Assembly (NCBI RefSeq): GCF_963921235.1
Contig: NC_086097.1
Location: forward strand, 238,578,001 to 238,642,000
DNA length: 64,000 nucleotides
Direction of reading: 5' to 3'
DNA from: Mobula hypostoma
Lineage: Eukaryota
Part shown: one piece after another, positions 38,056 to 50,997 of the stretch
Layout of the letters: each line of letters starts with the position of its first letter
How positions within the stretch are numbered: position 1 is the stretch's first letter
Made by a program: the position numbers and the translations under genes
The notes under the pieces: model-generated
The model's database searches: none
The model's input: only the letters and a program-made list of their open reading frames with translations
Told to the model about the DNA's origin: nothing

Positions 38056-41000
38056 TTGATAAGGTCTGGAAAGTGAGGTGTTTAGCCAAAAGATAATTAT
38101 AGAGCTGACTTCTAGCACAGCAACAAAATAACTCAGCAATTTCTTCAAGGAATGCCCAGTTGACCTACTCCAATTCATCAGAAGGGCTGCAGAAAGTGAG
38201 CTAAGGTTTTGTGATTTTACAATCAGCACCAAAGGGCAGTTTTTGTGCAGTCAATATTCTGTAATCTTGTGCAGAAACTCCTTGGGATTTTTGGAGTAAT
38301 ATTAGCAAAGCAGGCTGGTGAGAAATAAATCAGCGAAGAATTGAAAACCAATATAAAAGAAGCAAGGAGAGCAATTGGGAAAAATTGGGAGAGATCAGAA
38401 TACAAAAATGTTCCAAAAGCATCTGAAAGGTAAAGATGTAACACACAGAGGAATAGGGTCCACACAGCACAAAGCACATGTAACACATATAAAATTGCAG
38501 TAAACTAACGGGATCCTTGGAGCAGTGTTGCTGAATGAGTACTTTGCATTTGTCTGCACTGGGGAAGTGGGTAGTTCCAATTACGAAGGAGGAAGTTACT
38601 GAGACACAAAATACATTAAAATTTGTATTTTAGAGATACAATTAAGCCCTGATAATGAAGGAGCTTATTTTCATATGGATCTTTTCTAAAAAGGAAAATT
38701 CATATAGCGAGACGTTTAGTCAGAACTTTTGCAGGGGATGTCAATTACCAATGGGTGCCAAGCAAAGGAGTCCAATCCAGTCAATCTCTTCCTAGGAACA
38801 GGTGCAGGAAATCAAAAGCAAACAACACTTGACCTTTCCCACGCACCTGGCTTCACCGATCACCTTCCAGCTAGGTTCCTTCCCACCTTCCCACACCTTT
38901 TCACTCTGGCACCTTCCCCCTTCCTTCTCAGTGATGAAGAAGGGCTCTGGCCTGATATGTTTACTGTCTGTTCATTTCTATTGATGCTGCCTGATCTGCA
39001 GAGTTTCTCCAGCGTTTTGTGTATGTTGCTTTGGATTTCCAGCACCTGCAGACTTTCTCGTGTGACTGTTTTGATGAGTTGAAACTTAAAATTCATTCAT
39101 GCATTGGGCATTGTTGCCAATGAAAGACCATAATGGATCAAGGGAGTATCTTTTGACCTTTTAAAGTGGCTTGTTAATTTCACAGATTATTTCCTATTAA
39201 CCTCATGAAAAGGACTATTCAATGTTACTATTGTGACTAAACATTTGTCTGAAAATCTGTACCTAAATATGTACCCTCCCCTTTATTCTTGGGAATAAAT
39301 CAGAATAATTAATTGGGAAGAACTGTCTCTCTCCCTTAATAACTGAGGAAGAAGGGGGTGAGTAGGAGTAATGAGGTCTGGAAAGTGAGGTGCCCTGCCA
39401 GAAAATTAATTGTGGAGTCTAATTCATCCATTGCAACAAAATGGCTGAAAAGTTTCTCGGAGTTTCCTAGTTAGCCTATTCACTAGCCTGATGAAAGGTC
39501 TCAACCTGAAGTATCAACTGTTTATTCCCTTCCATCGATACTGCCTGATTTGTTGAGTTCCTCCAGCATTTTGTGTGTGTTTCCCTCCATCTCTCATTCA
39601 TGTGCCACAACCTCCCAATTCCACCCGCTACACACGAACTACCTAGTCTGTCATCGTTGACCCCCTCATCTGTCAGCCGATCACCCTGGACTCCTGTCTC
39701 CCCACTAGCCCTCTCCACTCTCAATCCTGGTTCATGGTTTCAACTTGAATCATCAACAGCCTCTTCCCCACTTCCACAGATGCTGCTCAACCCGCTGAAT
39801 TCCCTTAGGGGTCTGTTTGCTGTTTCAATGTCTGGTGTATTTTGTTGTATGTTACGTTGAATTCACAACTATTTGTTTTTGTCAAATGCATTTGCAAATA
39901 CATTATAAATCATATTCTAAGTGCCAGAAAATGACTTAAAATGCATTATGCTTTATGTTGTCTTCTCTGTTTATTTTTACCATTCATCTGGTGATGGCAA
40001 TGGTGATACTCACTGTGAAACAAGTCATTGCCACCAAGCCCACAATTCTTCACACCACCAACATAATTAATAACAGGAATGCAAGAATATACATAATCAT
40101 GAATATATACATTAACATGGTCTGAACTCATCCATCCAACTTCCCTCCTTCATCATAGAGCAAAGATTAAATAATATGATGCTATAATTTCATCTGGAAT
40201 TTTCCAAGTAACAATAATCTTCATTGTTTGTACAAAACATAGACAATTTGTTCCCTTTGTTCCCATTCCATCTACAAAAATAGACAGAAGTGAGACATTC
40301 ATGTTCACTTCAGTGATGCGCTCTTATATTGCACCATTAATTCAGCACTTCCTTTTCAAAGTTGATAACATAATGTTTACTGCTGTTTCCTTTCCCTCTA
40401 GCTGACTGGATCTTGCCAAAACAGTGTGCTTGTAAAATATTATTTCCTCCAACCTAAGTATCTTCTGTTACAAAGTCAACTCATGGAAAAAAAGTCATCT
40501 CACAAATTCAGGATCACGGATGTGAATGGAAGGATTTGGTTCAGGAAGTGACATTTCCAAATGGAGGAAGGGTCTCAAGCGTTTATTTTTTCCTGTTCTA
40601 GTTTATGACCAAAGCAAAAATGGCTGGAGTCGCTTAGCACTTAAGTGCAGGGGTGTTTATTAGGTGCATCAAAAGTCATATTCTCAAAAATTAGGAAGGA
40701 AAACTGTCAATATTTGCAAAATGTTATCTATCAGAAAACACAATAATAGCTCCATACTTATACTTGACCAGTGCGAACTGTTGGTAGCCCCAATCTCTCT
40801 CTCTCCTACTGGGAGTGATGAACTCTGTTTTATCAGGCACCAGGACAGACCAACTTTAGTTACCAACCAAGTTAACATAAGATTACACTTGAATCAGAAT
40901 ATGATGCACCCCACGTTGTAGTTACAATCACATTACAAAATGACAGAAGTATCCACCTTAAATACAGTATTCAAACAACATATACACATTTACTAAAGAA

Positions 41001-41624
41001 ATGGAATATTCTGTCATGTATGGCAGGAAGAGCACCAGAAAGCCAACCTGTTATGACCCATTAGTTGAATATATGGGGAAAAAAACATTAAAATGTGCAT
41101 GCTTAGAGCGGCAACAGCAGAATGACAAAGCAATGTTTGTGTGTGTGTATTTGTATAAATGTGTGTGTGTAAGGAGAGGCACTTACAGAGCATTGTTTGT
41201 TACATTTCCCCTCCCTCTGACATGGGAGAAAATAACATCTTAAACGCTTTAAAAATTCTAATGCGTAATAATCAAAAATCTTCAAATACACATTCAAATG
41301 AATCGACCTTTAAACAAAAACACAGAATTAACTCTCATGGTAATGACTGAAATAAACAATCTGCTTTATACATTAGTTTTATCTATGTTGTTAGTAATAA
41401 TTTAGAATTAATATCAGTTTAATGAATGTTTTATCTAAACGGTCACATGTATTCCCTTTGAAAAATCCATCAGGTGATGGCACAAACTGTGATGGTATTG
41501 GGTTTGCTGACCGTGAATTTCTAAACTCAACTGAAGATCTTAAGCCCTATCCGATATAGATCACCACAGGCACCCTCACTGAAGGGAGGTTATACTATAG
41601 CTACCTATTCTTTAAAGACTCTTC

Positions 41625-42650
41625 CCTCCCTTTTTAAGAAGGGAGGAAATTATAGGCCAGTTAGCCTAACTTCAGTGGTTAGGAAAGGCTGAGTCCATTT
41701 TTAAGGACGGGTTTTGGGGTACATGGAGATTTTGAAATCTTGCCTGAAAAATCTGTTACAATTCTTCAAGGAAGTAACAAGCAGGGTGGACAAGGGGAGG
41801 TAGTGGATTTTATTTACTTAGATTTTCAGAAGGCATTTGATAAAGTACCTCACATGAGGCTGCTTAACAAGATAAAATTCTATGGTGTTACAGGAAATAT
41901 ACTGGCATGGGTAGAAGAATGGCTGACAGGCCGGAGGTAGTGAGTGGGGCCTTTCCTGGTTGGCTGCCAGTGACTACTGGCATTCCTCAGGGGTCAGTAT
42001 TGGCGCCGCTACTTTTCACATTGCTTGTCAATGATTTAGATAGTGAAATGATGGCTTTGTGGCAAAGTTTGCAGATGATACAAAGATAGGTAGTGGGCTA
42101 GGTAGTGCTGAGGAAGCAATGCATTTGCAACAGGACTTAGACAGATTGGAATAATGGGCAAAAAAGAGGTAGATGGAATACAGTGTTGGAGAATGTGTGA
42201 CAATGCATTTTGGTAAAAGGAACAATATTATCCAAATGGGGAGAAAATCCGAACATCAGAGTTGCAAAGGGACTTAGGAGTCTTCATGCAAGACTCACAG
42301 AAGGTTAATTCATAAGCTGAGTCTGTGGTAAAGAAGGCAAATGCAATATTGGTTTTTATTTCAAGGGGAATAGAATATAAAAACAAGATATTGCTGAAGC
42401 TTTATAAGACACCAGTCAGGCCACACTTAGTGTATTGTCAACAGTTTAGACAAGTTATCTCAGAAAAGATGTATTGTCATTGGAGAGAGTCCAGAGAAGG
42501 TTCACAAGGATGATTCTGGGAATGAAGGGTTTAACATATCAGGAGCATTTGGCTGATTTGGGCCTGTACTCACTGGAATTCAGAAGAATGCGTAGGGATC
42601 TTACTGAAACTTACTGAACGTGAAAAGAATAGATAAAGTGAATGTGGAGA
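41625..42650 (+). mobile_element. Decayed CR1 RT fragment
   Basis: NYRPVSLTS, LDFQKAFDKVPH, GIPQGSVL, KFADD motifs. Confidence 0.85.
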
Positions 42651-43229
42651 GACAATGTGCAGTGCAGCCAACAATAACCACAAGCAAATAGCGTTCTGAA
42701 TTGAAGTCTGCAAAGAGAGTCCCATAGTTCAGCACATAGCCGTGTTGTGGAGCAGAGGTCTGAACTGGCATCCCTCACCTTGGGCCCTGAAATCCTGACC
42801 TTTTCAGTCTTTCTTAGTGCCTAAATCAATGTCTACGCATTGGGTTCAATCACCTCAAAACATTCTGGGACCAAGACCCCACTACCTTGATCCGGCCTGT
42901 ACTTGTCCTTTCCAATTCGACCATGCACTTCAATCTCCATCCAGACATTGGTTCAGTTGCCCTGATCCACTCTGCTGCCTGGGCCCTGCAGCCTCGCTTT
43001 GGCCTGTAACTGACCTTTTCGATCTGCATGAAGCTTCGCCTTGCCTCAGTTCTGTCACATTGAATTAGCTCCAAGTCCAAAGGGAAGTTGCAGACTATTA
43101 CTTGTGATGACTGGTAGCCAGAAAAAGTGTAATTAGGAAACAAGTATTTAGTAGTTTCCCTTGTTTCATTAGTCACCAGCCAGAAGTCACTGAGGTCCAC
43201 CAGCACCATCTTAAACTGGAAGAGACCCT

Positions 43230-43632
43230 TCGGCCGAGATCCTTCATCAGGATTAAACACACTTAACATTTCTCCCTCTCCCCCTTCTCTCTTTCTATTC
43301 CCCATTCTGGCTTCCCTCTTCACCCTTCACTTCTGCTCACTTGCCTATCACCCCCTCCTTCCTTTTCTCCCATGGTCCACTCTCATCTCTTATCAGATTC
43401 CTTCTTCTTCAGTCCTTTACTTTTCCCACCTATTACCTCCCAGCTTCTCATTTCAACCCCCACCCATCTATATTCCACCTCACTTGGTTTCACCTATTAC
43501 ATTCAAGCTTGTACTCTTTTCCCCTCACACCATCTTCTTATTCTGGCTCCCCGCCCCCCCCGCCCCCACTCCCACCTTCCTTTCCAGTCTTGTTGAGGAT
43601 CTCCGCCCGAAATGTCTGCTTTTTATTCCTCT
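43230..43632 (+). mobile_element. Penelope terminal-repeat remnant with short inverted piece
   Basis: Pyrimidine-rich tract similar to 5610-5990; inverted CCTGATGAAGGATCTCGGCCGAA at 43230-43252. Confidence 0.6.
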
Positions 43633-46314
43633 CCAGAATCAGAATCAGAATCAGGTTTAATTTCACTGCAGAATATTGATTTGAAAACCAGAACAGCAGA
43701 ATATAAACCAAAATAGCCTCAATAAAACAAGTCAAAAAGACACAACATTGAAGAATGTTTGTTAGTGATCACGCCTACATGCTTGGATTATTGTCATTCT
43801 TTTTGGTCATCGGTAATCATCAGTACATCCCTGCCACTCAGTTCACATCCAAATATTGTGCTGATGGAGTTTCTGAATGTGATAATTTACCAAATGCTTT
43901 CCTTTCACTCCAGCAGAGAAATTAATTTGGAACAGGCCAACCAAAGGGCAGTTCAGAACTGACCTAGAATAGGGGTAAGGGAGGTTCAGAGAAAGCTAAT
44001 GGCTTGAAGACAATAATCGGGGCAACATGTGGTGGTAAGCTCCACAGAGCACTGTGGTAATCAATTAGGGACACTTTTGCAAAGGATAAATGCTAGGAAT
44101 TGTGGTAATCATTGTACAGGAATGTGGGTGGGAATTGGAGCGAAGATGGTGATACGGTAGAGGTGTAGATTGGAGCCTCAGTGGATTGGGACTTGTGCTT
44201 TAGAAAAGGCAGAACAAGAAAATCAGCAATGGGAAGGGGAGGACTCCACGCTGGCAGGTGATACATGAGACCAGGATAGGGGGAAGGTGAGTGGTTGAAG
44301 GAGGAGCGGATAATATCCTTATTATGGTTTCAGCCCCCTTCCTTTCCAGTCCTGATGATGGGTTTCAGCCTGAAACGTCAACTGTTTATACCACCGCCTC
44401 CCCCCGCCCCACCAAGTTGTCTTACTTGCTGAGTTCTTCCAGCATTTTGTGTGTGTGCATTGCTCAATAGTTATTATCAGGTTCCACTTCTGAGTGAGGC
44501 AAAGGTTCAAAGTATATTTATTATCAAAATATGTATACAATATACAACCCTGAGATTTGTCTTCACCATAGATAGCCACAAAGCAAAATATCTTGGAACC
44601 CGTTCAAAGAAAAATATCAAACCCCCAATGTGCAAACAAAACTGTGCAAATGACCAAATAAGAGCGAGAAAAACAGAATATAAAACACCAACTCACTGAG
44701 TCATTGAAAGAGTCCAGGCATGGTCAGTTCAGTTCAATCTAGTGCTGTGCCATTCATTATCTGCAGTCCATTTCCCATGTTGAAGAAAAGTGTTATGTAA
44801 TTCAGCTTCGAGCCCATTACATCTGGGATCTTGGGTTAAATCCAGTGTACATTAGAGCAATAAATGCTTTCTATCTCCATTGAGAAAAATCCATGAAGCA
44901 AAATTAATTTAAAAATTGGCAACCAATTTCCTCCAAGCTTGAAACTGAAACTGGCATTAATTTGCCATGGGACAATTTGGTGTGAATTTGTTAGAGTTTA
45001 CTTCATTTGAGATTGTATAAGCTTATTTTTCACATTAATATTAACAGACCAAACTATAAATAACCCATTGTGTAGCTGCATAAATCAAATAAAATTAGCC
45101 AATGTTTATTTATTCGATATCTAACTGATTGCAAAGCACAAAAAGACATCAGATATTTGGTGATTAGTTCTAACATAAATCAATTCATGCACATCCCTAG
45201 AGAATAAATGGATAACCATATGGCATCATCCAAATGTTCAAATGGAGGGTAAAATCAAGCAAGAAATGAAACCAGGTACTCCTCCTGAGCTCCTCAGTTT
45301 CATGTCAGATGGATGGGCTAAAATTGTCCTCTTGTTCACAGGTTTTAATTTAAGAAAGTACTTTTTCCAAACTAGTTTTATTTTTCAAGAGATTTCAAAC
45401 ACAAAACAAAACTTCTGAGGTAATAATGTGAATTACTGGTGAAATGGTGAATTATTTCTTTTCAAATAATTTGACTTACTACAAGTGGAAGACCGCACAG
45501 TCGCATAGCAGTTAACGCAAGTGTTCTACAGCAGCAGCGATCGCCAATTTGGGTTTGACTTCTGCTGCTGTTTGTGAGGAATTTGTACGTTCTCCCTGTG
45601 ATCACATGAGTTTCATTCTGGTGCTCAAGTTACCTCCCATACTAAAAGACAAATAGTTAGGGTTAGCAAGTTGTGAGCATGTTATGTTGGCGTTGGAAGT
45701 GTGGCAGCACTAGCAGGCTATCCACGGCACAATCCTTGCTGATTTAACTTGATGCATTTCACTGTATGGTTTGACACTTTGATAAATAAAGCAAATTCTG
45801 TCTGGTTGGGTTGACTTGTTCTCCGATCTTGGCAATTTACTTGCAAACGTTTCTTCAACATGCGAGGAGACATCGTCAGCGTGCTGCTGGCTGTGGTGTG
45901 TCCTCCGAATGCTTGGCCTTCATGTACTTTTCAATAAGCTAATTGGACATCATTGAACTAATTTGTATGTGGAGAGGAAATCTTGTTGCTGATTAGCCAT
46001 GCAGCGAAATTCATGCATTATAATCTGGAATTTTGCCCACGTCAGCTCATAAATAAGATCAAGTCTACATGTTTGTTTACAGAATTGTTCATGAAAATAC
46101 ATCAACCACCCATAAGACCATAACCCCATCCGATATAGGAGCAGAATTAAGCCATTCGGCTCATTGAGTCTGCTTCGCCATTTCATCATTGCGGATCCAT
46201 TCTTCCTCTCAGCACCAGTCGCCTGCCTTCCCCCGTATCCATTCATGCCCTGACTAATCAAGAATCTTTCACCCTCTGCCTTAAATATACAAAAAAACTT
46301 CACATCCGCATCTA

Positions 46315-47941
46315 CAGTGCCAATAAGAAATATTCAACCCCCCTCCCCACCGTACAAGTTCTCATGTTTTATTGTTTTACAACATTTAATCACAGTGGAT
46401 TTAATTTGTTTTTTTATTTGACACTGATCAACAGAGAAATGTTTTCATGTCAAAGTGAAAACAGATCTCTACAAAGTGATCTAAATTAATTCCAACTATA
46501 AAACAAAAAATAATTGATTGCATGACTAGTCAGTATTTAGTAGATGCACTTTTGGCAGAAGTTACAGTGTGGATAGGTCTGCATCATCTTTGAACTTCTG
46601 AACACTGCAATTTTTCCCCATTATTCTTTTCAAAACTGCTCAAGCTCTGTCAGATTGCATGCGGATTGTGAGTGAACAGACCTTTTCAAACCCAGCCACA
46701 AATTCTCATTTGGACTGAGTCCTGGACTCTGACTTGGCCACTCCAGGACAGTAACTTGTTTGTTTTTAAGACATTCCTGTGTAGCTTTAGGTTTATGCTT
46801 GGGGTTATTGTCTTGCTGGAAAAGAAACCTTCTCCCAAGTAGTAGTTCTGTTATAGACTGTCTCAAGTTTTCCTCCAGGACTCCCCTGTATTTTGCTGCA
46901 TTCATTTTACCCTCTACTTTCACAAGCCTTCCAGGGCCTGCTGCAGTGAAGCATCCCCACAGCATGATGCAGCCACCAACATACATCACGGTAGGGCTGG
47001 TGTGTTTTTGATTATGTGCGGTGTTTGGCTTATGCCAAACATAGCGTTCAGTCTGATAACGTTCAGTCCAAAAAGCTCATCTTTGGTTTCATCAGACCAG
47101 AGAAAATTTTCCAGCTGGCTTCAGAGCCTGTCACATGCCTCCTGGCAAACTAGCCAATATTTCTTGTGAGTTTTTTCACCAGTGGTTTTCTCTTTGCCAC
47201 TCTCCCATAAACTGTGACTGGCAAAGCACCCGAGCAACAGTGGTTGTATGCACAGTCTCTCCCATTTCAGCCACTGAAGCTTGTAACTCCTCCAGAGTTG
47301 TCATAGGTCATTTGCTGGCCTACTTCACTAGTCCCTTCTTGCACAGTCTCTGTTTTTGAGGACCTCCTGCTGTTGGCAGAGTTCCTGCTGTGCCATAATC
47401 TTTCCAGTTCTTGATGATTCACTTCTGTACTCCAAAGGGTATCCAGTGACTTGGAAATGTTCTTTTATCCATCTCTTGACTTGTGCTTTTCAATAAACTT
47501 TTCGCAGAGTTGCTTGGAGTGTCCTCTGTCTTCATGGCATAGTTTTTGCCAGGATACTGACTCACCAGCAGTTGGATCTTCCAGATACAGGTGCATTTTT
47601 ACTACATTCAATTGAAATACCTTGACTGCACACAGGTCTCCAAAAACAGATCTCCATTTAACTAATTATGTGACTTCTAAAACGAATTGGCTGCACTAGT
47701 GATGATTTGGTGTATCATATTAAGGGGTGGGGGTGAATACTTATGCCATCAGTTGTCTTGTGTTTTACATTCAGAATTCATTTAGATCACTTTGTAGAGA
47801 TCTGTTGCACTTTGACATGAAAGAGTCTATTTCTGTTGATCAGTGTCAAAAAAGCCAAATTAAATCCACTGTGATTCATTGTTGTGAAACAATAAAACAT
47901 GAAAACCTCCAAGGGAGTGTGAATACTTTTTATAGGCACTG
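46315..47941 (-). mobile_element. Full-length (1627 bp) Tc1-family transposon with decayed transposase
   Basis: CAGTGCC.ATAA termini, TA at 46313-46314 and 47942-47943, about 200-bp imperfect inverted repeats. Minus-strand GGCIMLWGCF, FQQDNNPKHK, WPSQSPGLSPNENLW motifs; start near 47535. Confidence 0.93.
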
Positions 47942-49171
47942 TATCTGTGGCAATGTATTCCATACATTCACCACTCTCTGACTAAAGACATTCCTCCTGA
48001 TCTCTGTTCTAAAAGGACAGCCCATTGCTCTGAGGCTGTGTCCTCTGGTCTTGGACGCTCCCACAATAGGAAACACCGTCTCCACATCCACTCTATCAAG
48101 GCCTTTCAGCATTTGTTAGGTTTAATTAGGTCACCCCTTAGTCTTCTAAATTCCAGTGAATACAGACCCAGAGCTATCAAACGCTCTTCATATGACAAGC
48201 TGTTTAATCCTGGAATCATTTTCTTGAAGCTCCTTTGAACCCTCTCCAGTTTTAGCAAATCCTTTCTAAGATAAGGGGCCCAAACTGCTTACAATACTCC
48301 AAGTGAGTCCTCACCAGTTCTCTATAAAGTCTCAATGTTACATCATGCTTTTATATTCCAGTACTCTTGAAATTAATGCTAATATTACATTGGTCTTTCT
48401 CACCACAGACTCGACCTGCAAATTAACCTTTAGGGAATCCCTGCACACCTCAGTTTTTTTTTTGTATTTTCTCTTCATTTAGTCATCACTTTCATTTCTT
48501 CTACCATAGTACATGACCATACACTTCCCAACACTGCATTCCATCTGCCACTTCGTTGCCCATTCTCCTGATATGTCTAAGTCCTTCTGTAGCCTCTCTA
48601 ATTCCTCAAAACTACCTGCCCTTCCACCTATCTTCGTATCGTCTGAAAATTTTGCAACAAAGCCGTCAATTCCATCATCTAAATCATTTATATATAATGA
48701 AGAGTGGAGTGACATTTGCAATTTTCCAGTCTTCCAGAACCATATCAGAATCTAGTGATTTTTTAAAGATCATTACTAGTGCCTCCATAAACTCTTCAGC
48801 AACCTCTTTGAGAACCCTGGGGTGTACACCATCTGGTCCAAGTGACTTATCTACCTTCAGTCCTTTCAATTTCCCAAGAACCTTCTCTCTTGTTAGATAA
48901 ATTCACACGCTTCATGACCCCTGACACCTGGAACTACCACCACTCTGCTAGTGTCTACCACAGCAAAGACTGATTCAAAATACTTATTCAGTTTGTTTGC
49001 CATTTCCTTGTCCCCCATTACTACCTCTGCAGCATCATTCACCAGCAGTCTGATATCCAATCTCACCTCTCTTTTATGCCTTATGTATCTGAATAAACTT
49101 TTGGTATTCTCTTTAATATTATTGGCTAGCTTACTTTCATATTCCATCTTTACCATTTTAATGACTTTTTT

Positions 49172-49348
49172 AAAAAACGCAAACAACAGGAATTCTGCAG
49201 ATGCTGGAAATTCAAGCAACACACTTCAAAGTTGCTGGTGAACGCAGGAGGCCAGGCAGCATCTCTAGGAAGAGGTACAGTCGACGTTTCAGGCTGAGAC
49301 CCTTCTGCCTGGCCTAATGCGTTCACCAGCAACTTTGATGTGTGTTGC
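49172..49348. mobile_element. Short palindromic Penelope-end derivative
   Basis: 13-bp TSD TAATGACTTTTTT (49159-49171, 49349-49361); ends in gatgtgtgttgc like 5078-6035. Confidence 0.85.
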
Positions 49349-50525
49349 TAATGACTTTTTTTCTTGCCTTCTGCTGGTTTTTAAAATCTTCCAAATCCTC
49401 AAACTTCTCACTAATTTTTATTGTATTATATGCCCTCTTCTTGGCTTTTACGTTGGCTTTGACTTCTCCTGTTAGCCATGATTGTGTCATCACCTGTCTA
49501 TCATCTCCTCATTCTCTTGTATAAGTCAATCTGCAGCTCCAGTTTCTAAATACATCCTCTCAGGAGCTGCCATCTTCCAGATTATTTCTAAACCTTTCTC
49601 TTTAAGAGTAACACTGCCTCAACACTTTAAATGCTTTTAGGAAGGTATAAAAATGCATATTGGTATGGGTTAGTATTCTCCAGAAATTGTGTAATAACAA
49701 GAGCTTTATTTGAAAATTTGTCATGTAAGGTCCAGAGAACAATGGCATTGTTACCTTGAGGATAGATTTAGTAATTGAATCGTGACTGTTTGACATGCAC
49801 CTCCAGTATAAAACAGACCAAATTATTTCAGAGAGCACTTACATATTTCTTTCAATTTTCTTGCTGTTGAAGTCAATTGAAATAAAATATGAGAGAGGTA
49901 TACAAAAAAAAACAATTGATCTGACACTGCCAGCTTTAAGTTACTAATAGAACAATTCCCACAAAGTTGTGGTAGAGTTGAAGATAGTTAATGTGGTGAT
50001 GGGCGGTTTTAAGCGGAGGAGATATTCAATGTGCTCCAGAACACGGACTTTCATCGGGAGATGCTTACTAAGGAGAGAAAGATGCACAGACCTTACTGAA
50101 AGTGCATTAAAATGTGCGACCTTGCCCTACATCAAGAATATATCAGAAATGACAGCTCATCTGCTTGAACCTTATGGAATCACAGTTGCTCACAAACCAA
50201 CAGCAATTTTAAGGAAGCTTGTCTCAAGAACCAAGGTACCATTAAAGTCAATCATCAAAAGCAATGTGGTGGACAGAATCACCATTGGAGACTGCAACAA
50301 GAAATACGTCGGCCAGACAGGATGTAGAATCTCAACTTGTTTACGGGAACACAAACTGGTGGTTTAGAGACATAATCCATTGTCGCTGGTCTCAGTATAT
50401 GAAGACCAAGAAGGGCACTATTTTAAATGGGATACCGCGGAGGTTCAGGCACAGGCAAACACAACAAAACAGGCACGAGAATTTTTAGAAGTGTAGTACT
50501 TTTCTGACAACAAACATATTGAAAT

Positions 50526-50779
50526 GTCAGGAGATGTCGGGGTAAGTTTTTTATGTAGAGAGTGGTGAGTGCGTGGAATAGGCTGCTGGCGACGGTGGTG
50601 GAGGCAGAGATGCTAGGGTCTTTTAAGAAACTCCTGGACAGGTACATGGAGCTCAGAAAAGTAGAGGGCTATTGGTAACCCTAGGTAATTTCTAAGGTAA
50701 GGACATGTTTGACACAGTTTTGTGGGCCAAAGGGCCTGTATTGTGCTATTGGTTTTCTATGTTAATATCTATGTTTCTA
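50526..50779 (+). mobile_element. CR1 3' end nested in the Penelope-like element
   Basis: Matches 15465-15706; TGAAAT at 50520-50525 and 50780-50785. Confidence 0.85.
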
Positions 50780-50955
50780 TGAAATAGACATCAACTATAA
50801 ACCCCTAAGCGCCCAAGCAACCGTGAGCCAATAGAACTCAAAGGTCAACTGTAGCCAATCGGGAGCAAAGCAAGCGAACGTGGGGGGTGGGGGGGGTGTA
50901 GGAGTTCACGGTCTATATAAAACTTGAGCACTCCCAGACAGAAACACCAACAACT

Positions 50956-50997
50956 GCACGCTAAGGATGTCACCTCAACTGGTGATGAAACGTCTGC
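50956..50997 (+). ncRNA. Mutated minimal hammerhead ribozyme motif
   Basis: gca-cg-CTAAGGA-t-GTCACC tcaact GGTGAT-GAAA-CGTC-tgc; core G5 changed to A. Related copy on the minus strand at 45843-45884 has an intact CTGACGA. Confidence 0.6.

Larger units (their letters stand above)
46110..49490 (-). mobile_element. CR1 LINE fragments hosting Tc1 and Penelope-derived insertions
   Basis: Minus ORFs KSLGPDGVHPRVLKE, YINDLDDG..KFSDD, FSQRVVNVWN; 3' tail near 46110. Confidence 0.85.
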
